From assembly GCA_965221165.1 (NCBI GenBank), contig CBDCRP010000003.1:1-64000 (forward strand): a stretch of DNA of 64,000 bases, written 5' to 3'. Made by a program: the position numbers and the translations under genes. Shown in pieces: positions 49,453 through 59,692 of this stretch; positions within the stretch are counted from its first letter, which is position 1, and each line of letters begins with the position of its first letter. Source of the DNA: a bacterium. Its GTDB lineage: Bacteria > UBA8248. Below the pieces are notes generated by a model. That model was not told the origin of the DNA. It made no database searches and was given only the letters and a program-made list of their open reading frames with translations.

Positions 49453-49539
49453 GAAAGCGTCTCCTCATCCTTTGTTCTGTAATTTTAAAGAAGGCGATAA
49501 GCCGGATGGCTTCTTTACATCCCTCGAATCGCCGCTTCT

Positions 49540-50301
49540 TCACAAGTAATACGTTTTTCCCTCTTCGAGCAACTGGATTCTCGGCTCGTTCAATGCCTTG
49601 ATTTCCGCCTTGGTCTCATTGTGATACTGGGTCTTGATGTGAAAGATGTAGACGGGAATATCGGGCGGCATTTTTTGCATCTCCGCTTGGAGCATGGCCG
49701 GCGTCATGTGTTTGGACATGCGCGCGAGTTCCTCCATTTTGTTCGGAAACGACACCTCCGTAATGATGGCGCGCAGGTTCTCCGTCCCGGAAGCGCCCCG
49801 CCAGATGGCCTCAGTTGGGCCCGTGTCGCTGGTGTAGAGCAGCGCGCATTCTGTGTCCTGGATGATGTAGCCGAAGGTGGTGCCTTTGTGGTCGACTTTG
49901 TAGGGGGTCATCCGAACCCCGTTGCAGGAGCGGGTTTCCATCTCCTCGATGGCGGAGAAATCGAGTATCGGTGTGCCTTCGTGGCATATCGCGCAAAAAT
50001 CCGGCCAGACGGCGTTGTTGAAGATGGACTTTTGAATCTGCTCGAGCACGTCTCGCGCGCCGATGATTTTCAGCGAATCATCCCGCAGGCCGAAGATGTT
50101 GTCGGCAAGGTAGGGCAGTTCCGCAATATGATCCAGATGCGCGTGGGACACCAAGACGCCGGTGAGCTTGGCCTGCTCCTCGATGGTGAGGCCGGAAGCG
50201 GCCGATCCGCCCTCCAGCAGCAACTCTTCGTTAATGAGAAAAGACGTCAACTGACACCCGGGCGCTTTGCCGCCCGCGCAGCCCAACACACGGAATTGGA
50301 T
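49540..50301 (-). CDS. MBL-fold 3',5'-cyclic nucleotide phosphodiesterase (class II-like)
   Basis: VLGCAGG, SHAHLDHI, IFNNAVWPDF, YTSDTGPT, EVSFPN, HMTP, HIK. Likely start is ATC 50301; the ORF track starts at GTG 50289. Confidence 0.85.
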   Translation of the reverse strand: MQFRVLGCAGGKAPGCQLTSFLINEELLLEGGSAASGLTIEEQAKLTGVLVSHAHLDHIAELPYLADNIFGLRDDSLKIIGARDVLEQIQKSIFNNAVWPDFCAICHEGTPILDFSAIEEMETRSCNGVRMTPYKVDHKGTTFGYIIQDTECALLYTSDTGPTEAIWRGASGTENLRAIITEVSFPNKMEELARMSKHMTPAMLQAEMQKMPPDIPVYIFHIKTQYHNETKAEIKALNEPRIQLLEEGKTYYL

Positions 50302-50398
50302 GGCCTATCCTCCGCCTGAAGCCCCGTGAATGCAAAGAATCTTTCGCTTGCCGCCTGATTATAGGCACAGCCGAATCGTCTTGGGAAGATGTCTTTTT

Positions 50399-51124
50399 CT
50401 ATACCTTTTCCCATCTCCCGCTCTTCGAGCGCCTGCGTTTTCCGAAATCAGCCATCTGCGCGACGCTGCTCGCGGAAAATATGGGGCCGTCCGTACATAC
50501 GCGCCAGCCCGAGCAGGTGCATTGGCCGCACAGGCCCACGGCGCACTTCATGTACCGCTCGATGGCGAAGTAAGTCCGCTCGGCGGGGAGTTTCGGCAGG
50601 CACGCGGCCATCATTCGCTCAGGACCGCAGACGGCGTAGCTTTCCGCCTCGACGGGCAGGAGTTCGGTCACCAGGCCTTTGTGTCCGAGGGAGCCGTCCT
50701 CGGTGGCGACGTGGACGGGGCCGAGTTCGCGGAATTCTTCATAATACAGAATCTCATCCGCCGTGCGTCCGCCCAGAACAAAGCAAGGCGCTTCGGAGGC
50801 GAGTGCGAGCAGTCTCAGCTCCGCAATGCCCACGCCGCCGCCGATGAGAGCGGGGCGCTTGAGGGCAGGGTAGCCTTGGCCCAACGGGCCGCGCAGCCCT
50901 ATTTCGTCTCCCGGCTCCACGGCAGCCAGTTTTTCGGTGAACGCGCCCGCTTTTTTGACGGTGACGGCGTTCGGATAGGAGAGCGTGAAGGGTTTTTCGC
51001 CCAAACGCGGCAACCAGACCATCATGAACTGTCCGGGAGTGGACTCAATCTCCTTATCGAAGAAGATCGTCTGCGTCCACTCGCTTTCCCGGCGGTTTTC
51101 CACGACCTTATAGACGCTACGCAT
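50399..51124 (-). CDS. pyrK: Dihydroorotate dehydrogenase electron transfer subunit
   Basis: PGQFMMVW, EKPFTLS, RGPLGQG, GGGVGIA, CGPERMM, MKCAVGLCGQC...VCTDGP; overlaps the pyrD stop. Confidence 0.9.
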   Translation of the reverse strand: MRSVYKVVENRRESEWTQTIFFDKEIESTPGQFMMVWLPRLGEKPFTLSYPNAVTVKKAGAFTEKLAAVEPGDEIGLRGPLGQGYPALKRPALIGGGVGIAELRLLALASEAPCFVLGGRTADEILYYEEFRELGPVHVATEDGSLGHKGLVTELLPVEAESYAVCGPERMMAACLPKLPAERTYFAIERYMKCAVGLCGQCTCSGWRVCTDGPIFSASSVAQMADFGKRRRSKSGRWEKV

Positions 51125-52052
51125 GGGAGCCGCCTCCGTTCGCCGGGCGGTGCGCGCCGCCGATGAGCGCGGACATCGGCTCATCGCCCAGATATTCCTG
51201 AATCCCCTCCCAGATATCACGGGTGAGCGCTGCGGCCTCATGCGTGTTCTTTCGCAAGAAGGCGGTGCCGATTCCCAGGACGCAGGCTCCCGCCAAAATG
51301 TATTCCACGGCGTCCTCCCAGGTTTCGATTCCCCCGTATGCGACGATGGGGCAGCGAAAGCGCGCGTAGGACTCATACGTCATGCGCAGGTTGATGGGCT
51401 TGAGCGCAGGGCCGCTGATGCCGCCCGTCGTGCCCGCAAGAATCGCCGCCCGGCTCTGGATGTCCACCGCCAGGCCAGGTCCCAGGGTGTTTCCGCAGCC
51501 AAGGGCGTCCGCACCCGCGCTCAGGCATGAATCCGCCACGGCGAGGTAGTCGCTGTTGGGTGAGAGCTTGGCGATGACGGGCTTGTCCGTCTCGCCTCGC
51601 ACGCGCTCGATGACCTCGGCGGAGAGAGCGGGGTTTTGGCCGATGCTCTCCATGATGGTCTGCTCGCCCGGCTCCTTGTTGGGGCAGCCCAGGTTCACCT
51701 CGATGGCGTCGCTGAACCTCGACATCCGGCGCGTGACCTGTGCGAATTCTTTGGAATCTCCGCCATAGACCGAGACGATGAGTTTAGCGTTCTTGAGCTT
51801 TATCTCTTCCAGGTCGCGCTCCCAGTCCTCGGCGCTTTGCGTCGGCAGGGCGAGGGAGTTGAGCACCGCGCCTTCCGGGGGGTATACGACCACGGGATTG
51901 TCGTTGCCCGGCTTCTCCCGGGGGCCGACCGATTTCGTGACGTAGCCGCCCAGGCACGCGCCCGCGCTCTCGAAGGCGACAAAAACTTCCGGATAGCTCA
52001 AAATGCCGCTGGCGTTGATCAGCGGCGGGTGGATATCGGGGAGCGGTATCAC
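51117..52052 (-). CDS. pyrD: Dihydroorotate dehydrogenase family 1B catalytic subunit
   Basis: NASG, TKS, EVNLGCPN, AKLSPN, NT, GGISGPALKP; AGGAGG RBS. Confidence 0.88.
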   Translation of the reverse strand: MIPLPDIHPPLINASGILSYPEVFVAFESAGACLGGYVTKSVGPREKPGNDNPVVVYPPEGAVLNSLALPTQSAEDWERDLEEIKLKNAKLIVSVYGGDSKEFAQVTRRMSRFSDAIEVNLGCPNKEPGEQTIMESIGQNPALSAEVIERVRGETDKPVIAKLSPNSDYLAVADSCLSAGADALGCGNTLGPGLAVDIQSRAAILAGTTGGISGPALKPINLRMTYESYARFRCPIVAYGGIETWEDAVEYILAGACVLGIGTAFLRKNTHEAAALTRDIWEGIQEYLGDEPMSALIGGAHRPANGGGSHA

Positions 52053-52301
52053 GGTCTGCTGCCCCTCCTGAGGTGGAGTATGCGGGCGGGTTCAATTGGA
52101 TGGAGTATAGTGGGAATGGGTGCCTCAAGCCAACTTGGCGAGTAGAAAATCTGAGCCCGGGCGCCGGTGGCGCACCGGATTATTGCAAAATGCCCGAAAT
52201 GGTGGTCTAAATGGCTTTGTTCGCCCGTTTCCGTGGACGGAGATGGGAAAGGCTGTTTTCACAATCGCAAGGCGCGGCCTTGCGCTGAGAGGGAAACTCC
52301 A

Positions 52302-53069
52302 GTGGTCGCCATCCTGATCGGCTGCTATCTCGTTGCGGCGCTCACGCACCTGTATCTGCTCTTCACGGGCAGGTCCGCAGGCGTCGTCTACGGGGTCGGC
52401 GCGCTGCTCGTGGGATTTGCGCTTCATACCCTCATGCTGGGGGTGAGCTTCGCCTCCGGCACGCCCGAGGGCTGGGGGCCGTGGCTGAGCGGCATGGCGT
52501 GGGTGATCATCCTGATGTACCTGATCGTCTATGCGCGCTACCGCGATATCGCCCTCGGTGGTTTCGCCGTGCCTACGGCGTTCATTCTCGAGGGATACGC
52601 ATCGGCCTTTCCCGGCGTGTGGGGTGCGGGTTCGAGCGCCGTACAGGGTTATTTGCTGAAAGGCCACGCCGTGCTCGCGCTGCTGAGCTCAGGCGCGTTT
52701 TTTCTGCTCTTCGCCTCTGCGCTGATGTATCTCGTGCAATCCCAACAACTCAAATCAAGACGTCCCAGCGCCTGGCTGCACCGTCTGCCCTCGCTCGATA
52801 TTCTGGACGACCTGAACCACAAGATTCTCTATTTCGGCTTCGCGTTCCTGACGGCGAGCCTGCTGCTCGGCTCGATGTGGGCGAAATCGCGCCACGGCGC
52901 CTACTGGAGCCTCGACCCGGTGCGCACCTGGCCGCTGATACTCATCTGGGGCGCGTACGGTCTCCTGCTCTTCTGCCGGCTCACCAGAAGCTGGAAGGGA
53001 AAGCGCTCCGCCGTTTTCTCGATGGTGGCCTTCTTCGCCGCGCTCCTCGCGCTGGTCGTCCATTTCTAG
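52302..53069 (+). CDS. ccsA: Cytochrome c assembly / HemX-like membrane protein
   Basis: Multiple TM helices, LPSLDILDDLN, WA...GAYWSLDP; typical position upstream of hemA. Confidence 0.8.
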   Translation: MVAILIGCYLVAALTHLYLLFTGRSAGVVYGVGALLVGFALHTLMLGVSFASGTPEGWGPWLSGMAWVIILMYLIVYARYRDIALGGFAVPTAFILEGYASAFPGVWGAGSSAVQGYLLKGHAVLALLSSGAFFLLFASALMYLVQSQQLKSRRPSAWLHRLPSLDILDDLNHKILYFGFAFLTASLLLGSMWAKSRHGAYWSLDPVRTWPLILIWGAYGLLLFCRLTRSWKGKRSAVFSMVAFFAALLALVVHF

Positions 53070-53083
53070 GGGCGCGGAAGAAT

Positions 53084-54394
53084 ATGTCCATCATTCTCGC
53101 CGGCGTGAGCCACCACAACACGCCGCTCAGCATTCGAGAGCGCCTCTATTTCCCCGAAGGAAACATGAGCGAATGGCTCGACAGGCTGGCCGGCTACAAC
53201 GGGCTCGATGAGCGGCTCATCCTCTCGACGTGCAACCGGGTGGAAGTCTACAGCGCAGTGGATGATCTGGAACAGGGACTCGATGCGATTCATCGCTTTT
53301 TCCTGGAATCACGCGACGTCGGCCGAGAAGAGTTGAACGCCCATCTCTACGTTCACCGCGAGGCCGAAGCCACCCGGCATCTGTTCACCGTGGCGTCGAG
53401 CCTCGATTCCATGGTGGTGGGTGAGCCGCAGATTCTGGGCCAGGTGAAAGAAGCCTACCGGGTCGCCCATGCCTCGGGCCACGCCGGAAAGGCGCTCACG
53501 AACCTCTTCTCCCGCGCGTTTCGGGTGGCGAAAAAGATTCGCGAGCAGACGCCGATAGGCGAGTCGCCGGTGTCGGTGAGTTCCGTCGCCGTGGATTTGG
53601 CCAAAAGAATTTTTGGTTCGCTTGCGGGCAAGAACGTGCTCTTGCTGGGCGCGGGCGAGATGGGCGAGGCGGCGGCGAGGCATCTCAAGGCGAGCGGGGC
53701 CGACACCCTCCAGGTAGCGAACAGGACGCTCGCGCGCGCCCAGGAGTTGGCCGCAAAACTCGGGGGACTTGCGTTAAGTTTCGATAATCTGGAAGGAGCC
53801 CTCATCGACGCCGACGTCGTCATCGCATCTACGGCCTCGCCGGGTTTCATTCTGGATAAGCCGACCGTGGCCGCTGCGCTGGAGCGCCGCCGCGACGCGC
53901 CGGTATTCCTCATCGACATCGCCGTGCCGAGAAACGTCGCGCCCGACGTGAACGAACTGGAAAACGCCTATCTCTACGACGTGGACGATCTGCAATCCGT
54001 CGCGGCGGACAACCTGCGGGACCGCGAGGAGGTGGCCCGCGACGCGCGCGCGATCCTCGAATGCGAGGTGCAGACCTATCTCGCCCGCCAGAAGGCGGAG
54101 GAACTCAGGCGCACCTTCGCGGCCATACGCTTCTTTGCGGAGTCGATGCGCCGGACGGAAGTCGAAAAAACCATTCCCCGCCTGCCTGAAATAGGTAAGG
54201 GAGGCCGTGATGCGCTCGACGCCATGACGAAGGCGCTGGTCAACAAGCTTCTCCACCATCCCTTCGCCGTCCTGCGCCGGATGGCGGAAGAAGACGTGGA
54301 GGACATTTCCATTGAATCCGTCCAGAAACTCTTCGGCGTGGAGCCAGAAGGCGATGAGAACCCGCCCGGCCCGCCGCCGGATGAATCGGTCTGA
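53084..54394 (+). CDS. hemA: Glutamyl-tRNA reductase
   Basis: GVSH, LSTCNRVE, SLDSMVVGEPQILGQVK, GAGEMG, DIAVPR, NKLLH. Confidence 0.97.
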   Translation: MSIILAGVSHHNTPLSIRERLYFPEGNMSEWLDRLAGYNGLDERLILSTCNRVEVYSAVDDLEQGLDAIHRFFLESRDVGREELNAHLYVHREAEATRHLFTVASSLDSMVVGEPQILGQVKEAYRVAHASGHAGKALTNLFSRAFRVAKKIREQTPIGESPVSVSSVAVDLAKRIFGSLAGKNVLLLGAGEMGEAAARHLKASGADTLQVANRTLARAQELAAKLGGLALSFDNLEGALIDADVVIASTASPGFILDKPTVAAALERRRDAPVFLIDIAVPRNVAPDVNELENAYLYDVDDLQSVAADNLRDREEVARDARAILECEVQTYLARQKAEELRRTFAAIRFFAESMRRTEVEKTIPRLPEIGKGGRDALDAMTKALVNKLLHHPFAVLRRMAEEDVEDISIESVQKLFGVEPEGDENPPGPPPDESV

Positions 54395-54397
54395 GGG

Positions 54398-55318
54398 ATG
54401 AACGACACGCTGCGACTCGGCACACGGGGCAGCGCGCTGGCGCGCGCGCAGACGGCCGGTATAGCCACGCAACTGAAGGTGTTGAATCCGGGCCTCGAGG
54501 TGGAGGAAATCATCGTCCGCACGCGGGGAGACGCCATGCTCGGCTCCCCGATTCACGAACTGGGCGGCAAGGGCCTGTTCGTCAAGGAGATCGAAGACGC
54601 TCTGCTACAAGGCGGAATCGACGCCGCCGTCCATAGCCTGAAAGACCTGCCTAGTGAACTGCCTGAAGGGCTCATTCTCGCCGTGATCCCCGCGCGGGAG
54701 GAACCCTGGGATGCTCTGGTCTCGCGGGGCGGCGAATCGGTGCGCGGCCTGGCGCCCGGCAGTCGAATCGGCACGAGCAGCCTGAGGAGAATCGCGCAGC
54801 TCAGGCGCTTCCGGCGTGATCTGAAAATCGTGGAGTTGCGCGGAAACGTGGATACGCGCCTCGAAAAAGTGGCGGCGGGCGAGGTGGAGGCCGCCATACT
54901 CGCCCTGGCGGGTCTCAAGCGGCTGGGGCTCGAGGAGCGGGCGACGGAGACGCTCGCGCCCGAACTCATGCTCCCCGCCGCGGGACAGGGCGCGCTTGCT
55001 ATCGAAACGAGAGCCGATGATGCGGCCACGCGCCGTCTGATGGGAGGGCTGGATCACCTGGAGACGAAACGGGCCGTGATGGCCGAGCGGGTCGTGATGG
55101 CGCGTTTGGAGGGCGGGTGCCAGTTGCCCCTGGCTATCTTCGCGGAAATTCGCAAGAGCGAATTCCATATCAAAGCCCGTCTCGCGAGCGTCGACGGCGG
55201 GCGGATGGTGGAGCGAGAACGAGCGGGCCCGCCCGATAACGCCATGAGCATGGCCGAAGAGGTGGCCGAGGAGGTTCTCGCCCATGGCGGGGCGGAGATA
55301 CTGAGAGACGCGCGATGA
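54398..55318 (+). CDS. hemC: Hydroxymethylbilane synthase
   Basis: GTRGSALA, GGKGLFVKEIE, VHSLKD, GTSSLRR, RGNVDTRL, LEGGC. Confidence 0.97.
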   Translation: MNDTLRLGTRGSALARAQTAGIATQLKVLNPGLEVEEIIVRTRGDAMLGSPIHELGGKGLFVKEIEDALLQGGIDAAVHSLKDLPSELPEGLILAVIPAREEPWDALVSRGGESVRGLAPGSRIGTSSLRRIAQLRRFRRDLKIVELRGNVDTRLEKVAAGEVEAAILALAGLKRLGLEERATETLAPELMLPAAGQGALAIETRADDAATRRLMGGLDHLETKRAVMAERVVMARLEGGCQLPLAIFAEIRKSEFHIKARLASVDGGRMVERERAGPPDNAMSMAEEVAEEVLAHGGAEILRDAR

Positions 55319-56175
55319 GCGAGGTCATGAACGAGGACAGGGATGGACGCCCCCTTGCGGGCAGGCGAATTCTCGTTACGCGCCCTGATGAAGGGGCATC
55401 GCGCATGGGCGAGATGCTCGCGGACCTGGGCGCCTGCGTGCTCCTTGCGCCCATGATACGAATTACGGAACCTGAGGATTGGACGCCGGTGGATGCGGCG
55501 ATCCGCGCGCTGGATAAGTATCAATGGATAATTTTCACGAGCCCGAACGGGCCGAAATTTCTGGTGAAAAGGCTTGATGATCTGGGCGTCGCCCCTGAGG
55601 TGATCTCCATCAAAACTTCCATTCTGGCCGTCGGACCCGCCACGGCCGCAGCGGTGGAAAAACATCTGCGAAGAACACCCGAGAAGGTGGCCGGAAAATA
55701 TGTGGCCGAGGGCGTCGTCGCGCTGTTCGAAGGCCGGGATATGGCGGGAGAACGCGTTTTGCTGCCCCGGGCGAAAGAGGGGCGCGACGCCATCCCGCAG
55801 GCGCTTTTGAAAATGGGGGCCATCCTGGATGACGTGGCCGTTTACCGGACAACGCCTTTGGGACGTGAAGCGCTGCGCGAGGCGTGGGGAGAGCTTGAGG
55901 CCGGAAAAATTGATATGCTTACCTTCACGAGTTCCTCGGCGTTCGATGGCTTCATGAGGGCGGCGGGCGAGGAGAGGGCGAAGGGATGGATGAGGCGCGC
56001 GCGCGTGGCCACCATCGGGCCAGTGACCGCCGCCACGGCGCGCATATGGGGGGTCGCGCCGGATGTGGAGGCCGCCGAATCGACGATTCCCGGCATGGCG
56101 CGGGCCATCGTCTCGTTTTATCGGGAACAAGAGACGGCGAACGATACGCAGAAAACGGAGGATGAAATTTCATGA
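55315..56175 (+). CDS. hemD: Uroporphyrinogen-III synthase
   Basis: ILVTRP, FTSPNG, VGPATA, AVYRT, FTSSS, IGPVTA. Confidence 0.93.
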   Translation: MSEVMNEDRDGRPLAGRRILVTRPDEGASRMGEMLADLGACVLLAPMIRITEPEDWTPVDAAIRALDKYQWIIFTSPNGPKFLVKRLDDLGVAPEVISIKTSILAVGPATAAAVEKHLRRTPEKVAGKYVAEGVVALFEGRDMAGERVLLPRAKEGRDAIPQALLKMGAILDDVAVYRTTPLGREALREAWGELEAGKIDMLTFTSSSAFDGFMRAAGEERAKGWMRRARVATIGPVTAATARIWGVAPDVEAAESTIPGMARAIVSFYREQETANDTQKTEDEIS

Positions 56176-57209
56176 TGCCTGACGACAATTTAATACTCTC
56201 GGCTCTCGCGGGCGAGGTGAGAAACCGCACGAGGCGAACGCGGGAGACGGCCGCCATGCGGCGCATGGTGCGCGAGACGAGACTTTCCGTGGATAACCTC
56301 ATCTACCCGATGTTCGTGGTCGAGGGAGAGGACATCAAGCGGGAAATTTCCTCGATGCCCGGACAATACCAGCTCTCCGTCGACCGGCTCGTGGCGGATT
56401 GCGCGGAAATAGCCGCTCTCGACATACCGGGCGTCATCCTGTTCGGCATTCCCGATCATAAGGACGACCTCGCGAGCGGGGCTTACGCGGAAGACGGAGT
56501 CGTCCAAAACGCGGTGCGCGCGCTCAAGGAAGCCTACCCCGAGCTTTGCGTCATCACGGATGTTTGTCTTTGCGAATATATGGATCACGGCCATTGCGGC
56601 ATCATCGAGGGCGAGAAGATACTGAACGACCCCACACTCGAGCTTCTCGACCAGACGGCGGTGAGCCACGCGGAGGCGGGCGCCGACATCATCGCCCCAT
56701 CGGACATGATGGATGGCCGCGTCGGCTCGATTCGCACGGCCTTAGACGCTGCGGGATTCACCCAGACGCCCATCATGGCTTATTCGGCGAAGTTCTCGAG
56801 CGCCTACTACGGGCCTTTCCGCGAGGCGGCGGAGAGCGCGCCCGCCTTCGGCGACAGGAGTTCCTACCAGATGGACCCGGCCAACGCGCGCGAGGCCATG
56901 CGCGAGATAGCCTTCGACATCGAGGAGGGGGCGGACATCATCATGGTGAAGCCGGCACTCGTCTATCTGGACGTCATCGCCCGGGCGCGCGAGATGATGG
57001 ACCTGCCCGTCGCCGCCTACAACGTATCGGGCGAGTTCGCCATGCTGGCGGCGGCGAGCCGCAACGGGTGGCTCGACCCCGAGCGCGCGTTCACCGAAAT
57101 GCTCACCTCCATCAAGCGAGCAGGGGCTGATATCATCCTCACATACTTCGCAAAAGACGCCGCCAGAAGACTCAAGGGCGACGCCGCCACGCCGCTCTCG
57201 TGGATGTAG
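56172..57209 (+). CDS. hemB: Porphobilinogen synthase (Zn-type)
   Basis: [48 protein letters not shown]. Confidence 0.97.
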   Translation: MMPDDNLILSALAGEVRNRTRRTRETAAMRRMVRETRLSVDNLIYPMFVVEGEDIKREISSMPGQYQLSVDRLVADCAEIAALDIPGVILFGIPDHKDDLASGAYAEDGVVQNAVRALKEAYPELCVITDVCLCEYMDHGHCGIIEGEKILNDPTLELLDQTAVSHAEAGADIIAPSDMMDGRVGSIRTALDAAGFTQTPIMAYSAKFSSAYYGPFREAAESAPAFGDRSSYQMDPANAREAMREIAFDIEEGADIIMVKPALVYLDVIARAREMMDLPVAAYNVSGEFAMLAAASRNGWLDPERAFTEMLTSIKRAGADIILTYFAKDAARRLKGDAATPLSWM

Positions 57210-57233
57210 GGGGCTTTCAAGAAAGTCGAAAAA

Positions 57234-57262
57234 TTGACATATTACGCGATGGAGTATACCTT
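57234..57262 (+). promoter_or_regulatory. Sigma70-type promoter for the two-gene cassette
   Basis: TTGACA (57234-57239), 17-nt spacer, TACCTT (57257-57262). Confidence 0.55.
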
Positions 57263-57371
57263 CGATTCTTGAGTTGAATGGTCCGGGAGGGGTATCGAAC
57301 CTCACGAGTCGATGTTGGACTTCTGCTTTTCGCCTCGGCGTATTCGCCTCACAGAAAGAAATGGTGACGGA

Positions 57372-57575
57372 ATGGGCAAGAAAAAGAAAAAGACGGAACA
57401 AAAAGTGATTGTGTATCGCTCGGGGGTTTTGAACCACGCCGACGCGGATAGATTCGAAAAGGCGTGCGAGGCATACCTCAAGAAAATATCGAAATCAAAA
57501 AAAGCCGCGAGGGAGGCTCTTGTCAGGTTGGGGACCCACACGCCCGACGGACAACTTACCGAACGATTCAGGTAG
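57372..57575 (+). CDS. Small basic protein (67 aa), candidate antitoxin
   Basis: MGKKKKK...AREALVRLGTHTPDGQLTERFR; its stop lies 3 nt before the next start. Confidence 0.7.
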   Translation: MGKKKKKTEQKVIVYRSGVLNHADADRFEKACEAYLKKISKSKKAAREALVRLGTHTPDGQLTERFR

Positions 57576-57578
57576 AAA

Positions 57579-58166
57579 TTGCACCGACTAACGACGACTT
57601 TCGTGCTTGGATATCACGGGTGTGACGAGGCCGTGGCCGAGCGACTTATCTCCGGCGAACCATTTCAAAAAAGCATAAACGATTACGACTGGCTCGGTCC
57701 CGGAATCTATTTCTGGGAAGCCAACCCGCTCCGTGGGCTCGAATTCGCGGCTGAACTGCAGAACGCCCCCTGGGGTTCCGATATTACGACTCCTGCGGTT
57801 GTCGGGGCGATTATCGACCTCGGATTTTGCCTTGATTTGACGACGGCGGCGGGTATCCGGCAGGTTCGGGCCGCGCACGCGAGTTACATTTCAAACTGTG
57901 AACAAACAGGGGACGTAATCCCCCAAAACTCAGCGGATGCGAATTATCTTCGTCGTCAGTTGGATTGCGCAGTATTCACGCAGTTACATCAAATTCGCGA
58001 AGATGACGAAGATCAGCCCATAGACACCGTGCGCGGGGTCTTCGTGGAAGGCGAGCCGGCATATGAAGGGGCCGGTTTCCGCGCGAGAACCCATATCCAG
58101 ATATGCGTCTGCAATACCTACAGCATCAAAGGCTTGTTCCGGGTGCCCAAAGATCAACTGTTGTAG
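57579..58166 (+). CDS. ADP-ribosyltransferase-like protein, candidate toxin
   Basis: GYHGC (His13), WLGPGIYFW (Tyr44), IDL..CLDL and C-terminal HIQICV strand, resembling H-Y-[E/Q] clade ARTs. Confidence 0.7.
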   Translation: MHRLTTTFVLGYHGCDEAVAERLISGEPFQKSINDYDWLGPGIYFWEANPLRGLEFAAELQNAPWGSDITTPAVVGAIIDLGFCLDLTTAAGIRQVRAAHASYISNCEQTGDVIPQNSADANYLRRQLDCAVFTQLHQIREDDEDQPIDTVRGVFVEGEPAYEGAGFRARTHIQICVCNTYSIKGLFRVPKDQLL

Positions 58167-58425
58167 CGGCGTTCAACCCGACTCACCATCACCCCTTCTC
58201 ACGGCACTATCCAAAGCAAAAAATACTTGTTCTCGCACGGCGGATTTGACTTGTAGGAGCACGGATGAAACGTGAAGGCTTCCATCTGGAGCTTTCATGC
58301 TCATCTCACCCTCCACACGCACTCCCCTTGCGCTTCGCTTCGCCTTGGCGTTATGTTGAGGGCAAGAGAAAAAGATAAAACTGAAATTTTGTTTTCCTTA
58401 CATTTGAACCGGGAGGAATAGGGGA

Positions 58426-59616
58426 ATGTCGGATAAGGATATCGTTTTTCTGGGCGGAGCGCGGACGCCGTTCGGCGCTTTTCTGGGCGCCTTGAAGGAG
58501 ATGTCGGCCACGGAGCTGGGCGCGCTGGCGGCGAAAGAGGCGATGACGCGCGCAGGCGTTACGCCCGAGGATATCGACCACACCGTGGTGGGCAACGTCA
58601 TCCAGTCGAACTCGGACGGCGTCTACATCGGAAGGCACGTCGCGCTGGCGGCGGGCGTCCCGCTGGACAGGCCCGGCTACTGCGTGAACCGCATGTGCGC
58701 CTCGGGCTTTCAGGCGGTGGTGAGCGGGGCGAAGGAGATTATGACCGAAGACGCCGACGTGGTGCTCGCCGTGGGGGCGGAGAACATGAGCCTGACGCCG
58801 CACGTGATCAGAAATTCCAGAACCGGCATGAAACTCTTTCAGGCCCCGATGGAGGACGGCCTCTACACGGCGCTCACCGACACGCACGCCAACGTGCCCA
58901 TGGGCATCACGGCGGAGAATCTGGCGGATAAATACGACCTGCACCGCGAGGCGGTGGATGAGTTCGCAGCTTTAAGTCAGGCGCGCACACACGATGCGTG
59001 GGAGAGCGGACGGCTGGCGGAGGAATGTTTCGCCGTCGAGGTGAAAGAGCGCAGAAAGACGATTACTTTCGATCGCGACGAGCACCCACGTGCGGATTCG
59101 AACGAGGAATCGCTCGCGAGGCTCAGGCCCGCATTCAAGGAAGACGGCGTGGTGACGGCGGGCAACGCGAGCGGCATCAACGACGGGGCGGCGGCGCTCG
59201 TGATTTCCTCGCGCGCGGCGGCGGAGCGTTTAGGGCGCAAACCCATCGGGCGGCTCGTCTCCTGGGGCGTTTCGGGGTGTGATCCCAAAATCATGGGCAT
59301 CGGCCCGGCGGAGAGCAGCCGCATCGCGCTCAGGAAAGCGGGTTTACAACTCGACGACATGGATTTACTCGAGATAAACGAGGCGTTCTCCGCCCAGTAT
59401 CTCGCGGTGGAAAAAGATCTGGGCCTGGACCGTGAGAAGACGAACGTGAACGGCGGCGCCATCGCCATCGGCCATCCCGTGGGCGCAAGCGGAGCGCGGC
59501 TCACCCTCACGATACTGCATGAGTTAAGACGCCGGGGCGGGAAGTACGGTCTGGCGGGCGCCTGCATCGGCGGCGGCATGGGCCTCTCGGTGATCGTCGA
59601 GGCGTATGGGGATTAG
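58426..59616 (+). CDS. Acetyl-CoA C-acyltransferase (thiolase)
   Basis: NRMCASG, TAGNASGINDGA, NEAF, GHPVGASG, CIGGG. Confidence 0.96.
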   Translation: MSDKDIVFLGGARTPFGAFLGALKEMSATELGALAAKEAMTRAGVTPEDIDHTVVGNVIQSNSDGVYIGRHVALAAGVPLDRPGYCVNRMCASGFQAVVSGAKEIMTEDADVVLAVGAENMSLTPHVIRNSRTGMKLFQAPMEDGLYTALTDTHANVPMGITAENLADKYDLHREAVDEFAALSQARTHDAWESGRLAEECFAVEVKERRKTITFDRDEHPRADSNEESLARLRPAFKEDGVVTAGNASGINDGAAALVISSRAAAERLGRKPIGRLVSWGVSGCDPKIMGIGPAESSRIALRKAGLQLDDMDLLEINEAFSAQYLAVEKDLGLDREKTNVNGGAIAIGHPVGASGARLTLTILHELRRRGGKYGLAGACIGGGMGLSVIVEAYGD

Positions 59617-59655
59617 GGTTTCTCGACAAGGAGCGTTCCAGTACCCGGCGTAGGT

Positions 59656-59692
59656 GGAGCGGGGGAGTTTCAGAGGATGAAAACCCCGCTTC
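59656..59692 (+). terminator. Stem-loop after the thiolase gene
   Basis: GGAGCGGGG/CCCCGCTTC stem with a weak U-tract. Confidence 0.45.

Noticed and set aside
52481-53083. 200-aa N-terminal extension of HemA in the ORF track
   Set aside because: It overlaps ccsA out of frame; HemA homology begins at ATG 53084.
57230-57360. Intact tRNA gene
   Set aside because: No D arm, canonical anticodon loop or paired acceptor stem; kept only as a weak 3'-fragment observation.
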